A stretch of 64,000 nucleotides of DNA. Source: a virus (taxonomy: Duplodnaviria > Caudoviricetes). This document shows, piece after piece, positions 10,044 to 20,500 of this stretch (the stretch's first letter is position 1; each line of letters opens with the position of its first letter). Position numbers and translations under genes: made by a program. The stretch lies in the IMG/VR virus record IMGVR_UViG_3300027571_000004, positions 28,290 through 92,289 of that record; one strand, 5' to 3'. Below the pieces are notes generated by a model. The model worked only from the letters and a program-made list of their open reading frames with translations, made no database searches and had not been told where the DNA came from.

Positions 10044-10961
10044 ATGGAAATATTGAGGGTTCCGCCATACGAAACAATTGCAGTAAATTTTGTTGTCCCA
10101 GCAGGGTACATCAATGTAGACATCTATGCAAGAGTTACGGACATGGCGGATCTTTCAATCCAGGATATAGAGTTTTTAGATTCATCTACAGGAGATGATT
10201 TAGAAATTTCTCTTCCTGGAAGATACGACAATAACTACAGAGTAGAACTTTTTAAAATTGTTAGCGGTACAGAAGTTTTAATCTACGAAGAGTTTTATGA
10301 ATTAATAAGACCATATGTAGATCCAAATACATTAGGAACAACAGCATCAGAAATTGCTGAGTACACAACTCTAGAACTAGTAGCAAGATCAATCATTGAC
10401 ACCTTTGCTACAGATGGATTTTATAATAAAAAAATTACTTTAGTTGAAACTGGTAACGGTTCCGACTACCTTCATTTATGGAACAAGGCTTACAGAGTTT
10501 TTAAAGTATACGAGAATAACGAACTAGTCTATGACAGATCGACTCCAGATACAAATAAATATGATTACGCAATAACATCAGACAAGACTGCAATACAGAA
10601 AACCTATGCTGGACAATTCAACAGGTCTGAATCTACTGGACCAAATCTTATTTCTGCAAGAGGAGACCTTGGAGAATATGGTTATGGAGGGGCTTCTTTC
10701 CCTCAAGGACATGATTACAAAATTGTTGTTGATCAGGGATATCTCACAGTTCCAGCAGACATTGAATATGCCTCAAAACTTTTGATTGAAGATTTAAAGT
10801 GTGGCAAGTTGGATTACTATAAGAGATACGTAACTGCATACAACACAGATCAATTTAGAATTCAATTTGATAAGACTATGTTTAACGGTACTGGTAACTT
10901 CTTGGTAGATAAGATACTGGAGAAGTATGTTAAGACCATTGTCAAGCCAGGGATAATTTAA
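10044..10961 (+). CDS. Putative head-tail adaptor/connector
   Basis: Synteny; C-terminal GYLTVPADIEYA...TGNFLVDKILEKY is typical of adaptor proteins. Confidence 0.7.
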   Translation: MEILRVPPYETIAVNFVVPAGYINVDIYARVTDMADLSIQDIEFLDSSTGDDLEISLPGRYDNNYRVELFKIVSGTEVLIYEEFYELIRPYVDPNTLGTTASEIAEYTTLELVARSIIDTFATDGFYNKKITLVETGNGSDYLHLWNKAYRVFKVYENNELVYDRSTPDTNKYDYAITSDKTAIQKTYAGQFNRSESTGPNLISARGDLGEYGYGGASFPQGHDYKIVVDQGYLTVPADIEYASKLLIEDLKCGKLDYYKRYVTAYNTDQFRIQFDKTMFNGTGNFLVDKILEKYVKTIVKPGII

Positions 10962-11407
10962 TGATATGCGAATCAACAGACTTTATTTTCCCAATGCAAG
11001 CGGATATATTCTATCCTATAGTTGAGCAAGGCGCATACGGAGATTTAAAAAAGACTTGGATTATTGATAGAACTATTGCCTGTAATTTTTCACATGCAGG
11101 CTCTGCAACAAAAGAAGAAGTCACCCCCAATGTAAACATAACACAAGAAAATCTTTTAATAGGTAGATCAAAAACTGATGTAAGAATTTCTAGTTTAGAC
11201 TCAAAGAACTCAGTAACTAATATCGTTATAAGCAATATAAAAGATAAGTCTGGCAATCAGGTTTATATAGAAACCGCTGGAATCAGATCTGGCAAAGCAA
11301 CCCTTTTTGAGATAGCATCCGTACAACCATTTCTTGGTCCATTTGGCAATGTTGAATATTACAATGTTCTTATACGTCGTTCTGAAAATCAGGCGGTAGA
11401 CCTATGA
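10961..11407 (+). CDS. Putative head-closure (stopper) protein
   Basis: Size and position after the adaptor; translationally coupled. Confidence 0.55.
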   Translation: MICESTDFIFPMQADIFYPIVEQGAYGDLKKTWIIDRTIACNFSHAGSATKEEVTPNVNITQENLLIGRSKTDVRISSLDSKNSVTNIVISNIKDKSGNQVYIETAGIRSGKATLFEIASVQPFLGPFGNVEYYNVLIRRSENQAVDL

Positions 11408-12078
11408 TATCCTTAAAATTTGATAGCAAAATGTTTAAGAAGGAAATGGACAATATAATGGAGTACTCTGTTGGATTTGTTGATGGGTTTGTAAGTGGAA
11501 GAAAAGAGTTTTTAAATAATCTTGGACCAGAAGTTGCAGAATTAGCCTCACAGTTTATTGATACTAATGCAAGAGTAAGCCCTGCTACACTGCACCATGT
11601 TTATGAATGGACAAAGGTTGGAAGCCCAGGAGCAAGATTGTTTGATATTAAATACTCAATAAACTCTTCTGGTTTATCTTTTAACTCTAGTTTTAAACAG
11701 TCTGATAGCATTAAGCAGGGGTCTAGCGTTCCTTTCTATAACAAAGCACAGATCATGGAAAGTGGAACAGCCGTGACCATCTCTCCAAAAGAAGGACAGT
11801 CTTTGGTGTTTGAAGTTAATGGAGAAACAATTTTTACAAAGGGTTCTGTGGTTGTAGAAAACCCAGGGGGAGACGTTCAAGGTCAATACTCAGATGTATT
11901 CGATGTATTCTTTAGTAGATATTTTTCTCAAGCATTTTTAAAGACTAGCGGACTATATCAATACTTTAATAACCCAGTAGTATATAAAGCAAACCTTCGT
12001 AAAGGTAAAAGATCTGGTAGAAGTGCTGGACTTTCCACGGGATACAAGTGGGTTGCAGGAGCAAGGATAGGTGCATAA
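11404..12078 (+). CDS. Putative neck/tail-completion protein
   Basis: Synteny; ATGA overlap. Confidence 0.5.
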   Translation: MISLKFDSKMFKKEMDNIMEYSVGFVDGFVSGRKEFLNNLGPEVAELASQFIDTNARVSPATLHHVYEWTKVGSPGARLFDIKYSINSSGLSFNSSFKQSDSIKQGSSVPFYNKAQIMESGTAVTISPKEGQSLVFEVNGETIFTKGSVVVENPGGDVQGQYSDVFDVFFSRYFSQAFLKTSGLYQYFNNPVVYKANLRKGKRSGRSAGLSTGYKWVAGARIGA

Positions 12079-12707
12079 TGGCTAATGACTCAACACTAAA
12101 TACCCCAGTTATCTGGATCAACAAATACCTTCAGCATAAGATTGCTGAACTAACTAGTAATCAAGATACAGACCTAACTAAGGGTTTTGGTATTCCTATT
12201 TTCCCGTCAAGCCCATCAACGATAGACGATCTAACAGAAACCTTTATTAAGATTAATGGAGAGAACTATTCGTATTCAGGTATCGCAGCCTACTGGGATA
12301 GACTTGCCAAGATGAACAAGTCTGGATTCCCACATATTAAGTGTGAGCAGATACTATATTATTTTTATTCAACACAAGAAAATGTAATTGAAAAACTAGT
12401 CAGAACTCAGGAGGCCGTCCTTAGACTTATGGATCGAGGAGATGAAACGGCTGAGGAAATAAACGACTGGTGTAAACACAGACAGGTAAACCTTGGAGGA
12501 GAACTCGTAGACAATATGTTCTATTTCCATAACTTCAAGGTGTACCAACTAGAGGAGACCAGAGACATTATTGACTTTGGCTCAGCCCGTACCTATGGTG
12601 GCAACAAATTTATCATTGACTACGATTATCATCAAATGCCAGAATTAACCAATAATGCCTGGCAGCCAGAAGTTCGTCCAGCAGGACAAGATAAATATAT
12701 AGTTTAA
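12078..12707 (+). CDS. Putative tail terminator
   Basis: Immediately before the major tail protein; start at ATG 12078 (TAATG overlap). Confidence 0.5.
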   Translation: MANDSTLNTPVIWINKYLQHKIAELTSNQDTDLTKGFGIPIFPSSPSTIDDLTETFIKINGENYSYSGIAAYWDRLAKMNKSGFPHIKCEQILYYFYSTQENVIEKLVRTQEAVLRLMDRGDETAEEINDWCKHRQVNLGGELVDNMFYFHNFKVYQLEETRDIIDFGSARTYGGNKFIIDYDYHQMPELTNNAWQPEVRPAGQDKYIV

Positions 12708-12713
12708 AAGGGA

Positions 12714-12722
12714 TGTTATAAT
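12714..12722 (+). promoter_or_regulatory. Extended -10 promoter TGTTATAAT
   Basis: Intergenic, upstream of the major tail protein. Confidence 0.65.
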
Positions 12723-12773
12723 TATCATGAGGAAACAAGCCCTTTAATCTAAAAGAAAAAAGAGGTGAAATAC

Positions 12774-13403
12774 ATGGCATATACACGTGGTAGTTCAAAC
12801 GATATTATCGTTGGAGCAGCAGCACTCTTCACATACGAAGCAGGCGCACTTGCAGACGCAGATCTTCCAGCATACGTATCAGGAACTTCATACAAGGAGA
12901 CACTTGCAGCACCTGCAAACTCCGATGAATTCCGCAATGTTGGATACACAATGAATGGTTTGGAAATACAATTCCAACCAGATTTCGGCGAAGTAGCAGT
13001 AGACCAGGTACTTGACGTTGCTAAGTTATTTAAGCAAGGCATGCAAGTAAATCTGAATACTACATTCGCAGAATCAACACTAGAGAACCTTCTATTTGCA
13101 TTAGCAGGTAAAGATTCATCTATGACTACAGTATCAGGAAACCCAACACTTAATCTTTCAGCAGGAGACATCGGAGATGTTCCAGTCGAGCGCGGTTTGG
13201 TTGCAGTTGGTCCAGGAACTGGAGACGCTTCAGAAAATATTGAGCGCGTCTACGTTGCATACCGTGCACTTTCAATCGAAAGCGTATCAGTATCAGCAAA
13301 GAGAGACGAAGCGACAATGTTCGAAGTATCATTCCGTCTTCTTCCAAATGATAATGCATCATACGGTAAGATCGTAGATCGTACTGTTGGCGTAGCATCA
13401 TAA
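12774..13403 (+). CDS. Major tail (tube) protein
   Basis: SD GAGGTG. NVGYTMNGLE, VDQVLD, AESTLENL and FEVSFRLLP are siphovirus tube motifs; followed by a terminator and chaperones. Confidence 0.88.
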   Translation: MAYTRGSSNDIIVGAAALFTYEAGALADADLPAYVSGTSYKETLAAPANSDEFRNVGYTMNGLEIQFQPDFGEVAVDQVLDVAKLFKQGMQVNLNTTFAESTLENLLFALAGKDSSMTTVSGNPTLNLSAGDIGDVPVERGLVAVGPGTGDASENIERVYVAYRALSIESVSVSAKRDEATMFEVSFRLLPNDNASYGKIVDRTVGVAS

Positions 13404-13425
13404 TACAACTTAATATATACAGTTT

Positions 13426-13456
13426 GACCCAGACCCTAAAAAGTCTGGGTCTTTCT
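13426..13456 (+). terminator. Intrinsic terminator
   Basis: Perfect 9-bp stem GACCCAGAC / GTCTGGGTC followed by TTTCT. Confidence 0.8.
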
Positions 13457-13464
13457 GTTATACT
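13456..13464 (+). promoter_or_regulatory. Extended -10 promoter TGTTATACT, leaderless
   Basis: 6 nt before ATG 13471; no SD. Confidence 0.7.
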
Positions 13465-13470
13465 ATATGT

Positions 13471-14160
13471 ATGGCAACAACTGTTTATAAAACTGGATTA
13501 ATCACATTAATGGATGGGACAGAGTTAGAACTGTCTCCTCTTAAAATTAAACATCTAAGATATTTTATGGATAAATTTGAAAATGTTAAATCCGCACAAG
13601 ACGACATAGAGGCAATAGAAGCCTTGTCTGATTGTGCACAAATTTGTATGAAACAGTTTAAGCCAGAGATCGCTATTTCAAAAGAAATATTTGAAGAGTA
13701 CGTTGATATAAAAACTGTATACGCAATTCTTGACATTACTGCTGGTATTAAGATTGATAAAGAATCAGAAGAACCAGTAAAAAAGCAAGCAGTGGATTCA
13801 GGTTCAACATGGGAAACCTTAGACTTAGCAACATTAGAGTCTGAGGTTTTTTTGCTCGGCATCTGGAAAGACTATGAAGAACTTGAACTATCCTTATCTA
13901 TGTCAGAATTAACGGCTACATTAAACATAAGTCGTGACTTAGACTATCAAGGAAAGAAATTTATGGCAGCAATTCAAGGTGTTGACCTAGATAAGCAAAG
14001 CGGTAGAGATCAAGGAAATGCCTGGGAAGAAATGAAAGCAAGGGTATATTCTAAGGGTCAGGCAAGTAACGCAAAAGACATACTCGCACTACAAGGCGCA
14101 AACGCAGCAAAGGCTGGATTCGGTATTGGTATGGGATTATCATACGAAAAGATTGAATAA
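13471..14160 (+). CDS. Tail assembly chaperone, long GT-like form
   Basis: Between major tail and tape measure genes. N-terminal ~100 aa align by eye with the 14210 product; extra C-terminal domain. Confidence 0.75.
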   Translation: MATTVYKTGLITLMDGTELELSPLKIKHLRYFMDKFENVKSAQDDIEAIEALSDCAQICMKQFKPEIAISKEIFEEYVDIKTVYAILDITAGIKIDKESEEPVKKQAVDSGSTWETLDLATLESEVFLLGIWKDYEELELSLSMSELTATLNISRDLDYQGKKFMAAIQGVDLDKQSGRDQGNAWEEMKARVYSKGQASNAKDILALQGANAAKAGFGIGMGLSYEKIE

Positions 14161-14173
14161 AAATAAGCCTGTT

Positions 14174-14184
14174 TGTGGTATAAT
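14174..14184 (+). promoter_or_regulatory. Extended -10 promoter TGTGGTATAAT
   Basis: Intergenic; SD GGAGG and ATG 14210 follow. Confidence 0.7.
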
Positions 14185-14209
14185 TAACTAACCTACATTG
14201 GAGGAACAA

Positions 14210-14527
14210 ATGACAGACCAGAATAACAGCATCCACCTTATGGATGAAACAGAAATAAAGATCAGACCGCTAAAGATATCTCTACTAAAGCCATTCCTAA
14301 AAGAATTTAAAAGCCTAGAGAAGGTTGCGGATAATGATGAAAAATCTATGGACGTTTTGCTTAACTGTGTTCAAATTGCACTTAAGCAGTATGCTCCAGA
14401 ATTAGCAGAGGACAGAGCAAAGATTGAGGACAGTATTGACCTTCCTACAATCTACAAGATTATTGACGTTGCTTCAGGTATTAACTTAACTGACACAGCA
14501 TCACTTCTTGGTTCAGTCCCAAAGTAA
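14210..14527 (+). CDS. Tail assembly chaperone, short G-like form
   Basis: Paralog of the N-terminal domain of 13471; directly before the tape measure gene. Confidence 0.75.
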   Translation: MTDQNNSIHLMDETEIKIRPLKISLLKPFLKEFKSLEKVADNDEKSMDVLLNCVQIALKQYAPELAEDRAKIEDSIDLPTIYKIIDVASGINLTDTASLLGSVPK

Positions 14528-14540
14528 GAGGGTGTTATGA

Positions 14541-17500
14541 TTGTCTGACGTAAATGCTAATATAGGTATTAATTTTGATACCCAGCAAGCACTTGCATCT
14601 TTACGTCAGTTACAGGCGGGACTTAGCCGTTTCAATCAATCCCTAACACAGGGGAATATCGCTGCTGAGAATGCACAAAAGGGTTTAAATGCCCAATTGA
14701 TGCAGTCTATCAATGCCACTGGAAAGTTTGTAGCATCTCAAAAAGTTGTTGCAGGCAGTACATCAGCATTTACAACAGCCTTAGAAAAGAATCAACTCTC
14801 TATGGGAGAGTACTTTAGATTTACTGCAGCAGCAGCGACAGCAAACACTAAAGTCTTTTCTAAGATGTTTGCTCATGAACGAGACATATTTAATCGTGCT
14901 CGTAAGGATAGAGTAAAGTCTTTACAGACTCAATACATACAATTAACTAGCGCCAATGGTGAACTAGTAAAGGTTCTTCAGGTAGTTCCAAAGCACCTTC
15001 AGATGGTCAATGGCAAGTATGCAGACTATGCTACAAGAACTCAGATGGCTGCACAAAGACAACAGATGATGAATCAGTTGCTCAAGCAAGGTTCGACTCA
15101 ACTTCTAAACTTTGGTAAGAATACTCAATGGGCAGGTCGCCAGTTGATGGTTGGTCTTACAGTCCCTCTCACAATGCTTGGAGGATTTGCCTCTAAGGTT
15201 TTCAGGGAGATGGAACAGTCAGTAATCGCATTCACAAGAGTTTATGGAGACATGACTACAAGTGGAGATGCAACTAATAAAGCAATTGCAGACATCCAAA
15301 GACTTGCAAAAGAATTTACAAAGTATGGAATCGCAGCAAAAGATACTATAGAGATGGCTGCCAAAGCAGCAGCAATGGGTTTAACTGGAAACGATTTAAA
15401 TGCACAAGTAATATCAGCAACAAGGCTTGCTGTTCTTGGTCAAGTGGAACAACAACAAGCACTCGAAACAACTATTTCTCTTCAAAACGCTTTTGGAATT
15501 TCTTCAGAACAACTTGCAGAAAAGATTAACTTTCTTAACGCAGTAGAAAACCAGACAGTACTTTCTATTGAAGACTTAACTATTGCAGTTCCAAAGGCTG
15601 GACCAGTTATAAAGCAACTAGGTGGATCTGTAGAAGATCTTGCATTCTTTATGACTGCAATGAAGGAAGGTGGAATCAACGCATCAGAAGGTGCTAACGC
15701 ACTTAAGTCTGGTCTTGCTTCTATGATTAATCCTTCTAAGAAGGCAGCAGGATTCCTTGCAGATCTTGGTATCAACATAAAGGGTCTTGTTGAAGCAAAC
15801 GCTGGAAACCTTAAAGGAACAGTCATTGGTTTTGCAAAAGCACTTGACACACTAGATCCACTAAATAGAGCAAGAGCAATTGAACAAATGTTTGGTAAGT
15901 TCCAATTTGCTCGTCTATCAACATTATTTCAAAACGTAACAAAAGATAGTTCTCAGGCTGCTAGAGCACTTGGACTTGCTGGAGCATCAGTTGAAGAATT
16001 AGCAATCTTATCTGAGAGAGAACTTGGAAAAGTAGAAGATGCTGTTGGAGTTAAATTCCAAAAAAGTATTGAACAATTAAAATTAGAACTCATTCCAATT
16101 GGAAAGACATTCCTACAAGCGCTAACACCAGTAGTTGAATTTCTTGGTAAGATTTTAGCGAAGTTTAATAACTTTAGCGATGGAACTAAAAAGGCTTTTG
16201 CAATTATTATTGGAGTTGTAGGGGGACTTGCCCCAGTTGCACTGATGACATTTGGTCTATTCATGAACGCTATTGCAAACGGCATTAAGTTATTTGCTGC
16301 CCTTCGTAGTGGAATGGCAAAACTAAATGGTCAGAACAATGTACTAGGTGGAGGATTTGATTACCTTACACAACAAGAGATTGAACAACTAGCACAGACT
16401 AACGCCCTTCACACATCTCACCAACAATTAATTAGCACATTTAATGTGGAGTCTGGAGCAGTTAATGCTCTTGCTGCAGCCTATGCAAATGCAGCAAGCC
16501 AAGCAAGAACTCTTGCAGCATCATCACCAGGATTATTTAATACAGTTCCAGGACCAGTAGGCGCAGTTGCAGGTTTACCACCTGTTCAAAAGTTTGCAAA
16601 AGGCGGAGTTGTTCCAGGTACAGGAAATAAAGACACCGTACCTTCAATGCTTACTCCTGGAGAAGTTGTACTAACTACAGATACTGTAAAAAAGAATCCA
16701 GAACTTGTTGCAGCACTTCTTACTGGCACTGTAAAGAAGTATGGTACAAGTACTCAGTCTGAAGGTGGAGGAATGAAGCCTCCTAAACTAGGCATAGCAA
16801 GTGTTACAGAAATGATGTCTATGGGTATAGATGATTTTGCAGCAGAGATTGGAAAACTTGGAAAAGGTGCTTCTCAAGCAACAGCCATTGCAGAAGTTAA
16901 GTTAGAATTAACTAAAGCGACAGACCGTGCAGGAGAAGATATGGCAAATGCAATTAAAAGAATGCTTGCAGAAGCAGCACAGTCTGTTGAAAAGGTATCT
17001 GCTGATTGGGTAAAAAATAGAGCAAAAGATATTAATCCAGAAACTGGGGAACAGTGGAGAGCGCCATATGCAAATACATCTTCAACACCATGGCAGCCAA
17101 GTGATCCAGCAAGAGCACAAGTAGAACCAGGCGGTAGATATGTTGCTGCTCACATGGAAGCACCAAAGCCAAAGATTACAGACAAAGCCGAGTTAGAACG
17201 TCTTGCAGTTCTTGCTGGAAAATCAGGCCTAGGCGAAGCCCTTGCTCTCGCAGCAAAACATGGTGGCTCTGCAACACCAATGGGCAGTTTTACAGCGATG
17301 CTTCCAGAAGAAGCAAACAAAACAACTGCTTTAAATTTGTCTGACCCTAACGATGTAGCGATCCACTCTCAACTTGCAGCAAGAAGAGGGTTAGCGCCAG
17401 CACAATTTTCTGGTGACGATGCAAAAGTATTTGAAATGCCTAAGTCTGGAATACAGGATTTATTTAGTGGAGAAGATGCAGGTAAGTCTCTTTCTCCAGT

Positions 17501-20500
17501 AATGAGAGAAATTGCAAGACTTCATGGCAAAACCTTTGAACAAGGTCTTAACGACCCAGCAATTATGTCAGAGATGACTGCTGGTGTTGATAAGTTTGGT
17601 GGATTTATTGCAGAAGAGATGGACCAACTTCCAGATAAATTTGGAGAAGAAGATTTTTATGCAGCGGTGCAAAGAGCAAAAGATAGACTCACTCAAGCAG
17701 ACGGAAAATTAAAAGAAGCAGTAGATAATCTAGGATTAACAACTACTTACTCAGTAACTACAAATGCGCCTAAAGAAGACGGCTCAAGAGATAGAAGAGC
17801 AAACAGAAAAGATGTTCCACAAAAGGCCCCCGCATTAAGAGACGAACTTGGACTTACAGATGCAGGAGTTGCAACAACAACACCTAAAGGAAAAACAAAA
17901 GTAATTCCTTTTGGCTCTTATCAAAAAAAGAATACAGACAATTTAGATTCTGGAGACATTATAGATCAACAAAGAGAGAAAGATAATGCTCCAACTGTTG
18001 AGGCTACCCCAGAAGAAATAGCAGCAGCAGAAGCAGCAGGTGCAGAGATTGGTAAAGCAGCAGCAGACGGAGTAAGAAGTACAGAAGGAACAGATGCAGA
18101 CTCTCCATCTAAAAAGGGTATCAAGGCTGGTAAAGAAGTTGCAGACGGAATTATCCAAGGAATGAAAGAAGGAGAAGCAGCAGTAACTACGCAGGCTTCG
18201 CAACTTGGAGATGCAGCAGTACCAACAGCAGCAGAAACACAAGCAAGAGTTGATAGGATGGATCTTGGTAACAAGGCGTTCTATGATGATCTCAATACCC
18301 CAGAGATGCGTGATGAAAGACAAATACTTAAGTCTCAAGATAGACAAAGAAGAAAACTAGGCGCTACAGCAACAGTAGATTCTGTATCTGACACTCCAGT
18401 TTCTGCACAAACTTCATCTGTAACTGTTGCTTCATCAAAGAGGGTAGCAGAAGCAACAACGAAACTAGCAGTAAAAACTGAAGAAGCCGTGACTGCTCAA
18501 TCACAAGTTGTTCAACAGATTAAAGATGAAAGCAGATCAAGAGTTACGATTAAAGGCAACACTGTTAATATTCAGAAGGCTAGGGAAGATGCTGATAAGG
18601 CTGAAAATGAAGCAGCGATTACAAGAGCAAGAGCAGCAGCCCTTGAAAAGGAGCAAGCAAAGCAAAAGAAAACTGGATCTCCAACTACCATTACTGACGA
18701 GCAAGTTCTTGCTGCTAAAGAAAAGGCTAATGCTGCAGAACTAGAGTACGCAAGAGTAAGACAAGAATTGGCAGAGCAGGGAATTACTGCAGCACAGCCA
18801 GGGGAAATGCAAGAAATTATTAATCAAGATCCAGTAAAGACTCCATCAAAGGTTAAAAAGGCAGAAGAAATTATGTCTAACGGAACCGTTGAAGCAGGAG
18901 ATGGAATGCGACGAATTGTTGACGGGACAAATGACACAGCAGACTCAACCCTATTAGTTGCAGATCAAACAGGCGATCTTGCAGATGCAACTGGAGAAGC
19001 ATTTATTACTCAAACAGGAAGCAATCAAAACCTACTAACGGCTTCTCAACTAGCAAGCGTAACTGCTGGAAATCTTGGTGATGTGGCTAATGCAACAGAT
19101 CTAACAGGAAATGCTCAGCAAGATGTGCTTGAGTCAACACAGGCCATTGATGAACAAAATAGAAAAATTGAAGAACATAAGCGAATGCAACTCAAGGTAA
19201 TGCAAGAAGAGTTTGCTAGAAGAGAAGCAATTGCTAATGCTCCTGTAATACCAGAAGGAACTCAATCAGGGAATCCTGTACTGGGTCCAAATCCTATGGA
19301 CAGATTAGAGGCCTACGACTATGCAATGGGTAGAGATCCAGGAACATATGGACCAGATGATCTGGGAGAACAAGGATTCACAAGAGACCGAAAAGGTCGT
19401 ATTGTTATGGATCCAGAAAAAGATGCTAAGGGAAAATATAATCCAACAAAGATGTCTTTGAAGCAAGTTAAAGAAAAGAAGCGTGGCATGCGTAGAGCAG
19501 CCGTTGGTCAGTTTTCTGGAAAAGTTTCAGGTGGACTTGGAACTGCAGCAATGGTTGCTGGTATGGCAGGAGCACCACCACAAGTTACAGCAGCACTTGG
19601 TACTGCAGCGACAGTAGCACAGTTTGCTCCAATGATTGCGGGGACTGGACCAATTGGTCTTGCAGTAGGAGCAGTAGTAGCATTAGGAGCAGCAGCATAT
19701 CTAGTAAACAAACACTTTAATCAGGTGGCTGCAAAGGCAGCACAGTTCGCAAAAGACTTATCAGCAACTAGAGATGGATTAAAAGCAATAGGAGAAATGT
19801 CTGGCAAGGTTGGGTCTTCTCAAAAGATGGACAAGCGCAGATCAAAGACTCAGTATACAAAATATACTGACGCTGTAAAGATTGATAATACTTTTGGCAA
19901 GAACTACATGGCTTCTGATATTGGTAAAAAAGAAAAGAAACTATTTAAAGAAAACATGGAAAAGTTTGGAAAGAGCAAAGCCGTTAGTGATCTAACTTTA
20001 AAACTTGCCACGGCTGTTGCAGATGGAGTTATTGATGCTGACCAAGCAAACAGTATTGCAGCAGGCCTTGCCTTACAACTTAAAGACACATCAATTGAAA
20101 TGCAGGTTGTTGGTCAACTATCAATGATCCTTGGCCCAGACGGTAAAAATCTAAAAGACAACCCAATGTCTACAAGGATCTTGCTTATGGGCAAGGCAAA
20201 CCAAAGAACTGCAAAACTTGAAAAAGACATTTCTAAAAAGTCTGGGTTTGGAGAAAGTTCAAGAGAAGAAGTAGCACAACTTGCAGCCCTTGGCATGAAC
20301 AATATGGAAATGGCTACTATGATGGCAGATCAAATTCAAGTAGAGTATGAGGCTGCAAAACAAAAATTAGAAACAGAGTTAGCATCAACAGCAAATGCAC
20401 AAAAGAAACTGGAGATTGAACAACAACTTTCTGATCTTAATTCAGAGAATCTAAAAAATTCTCAATTTATGAATGATCAAATCTTTTCTCAGATAATGAA

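Noticed and set aside
13811-13817. GGGAAAC as the canonical tail-chaperone slippery site
   Set aside because: Read as TGG GAA ACC in the ORF, not in the required X XXY YYZ frame.
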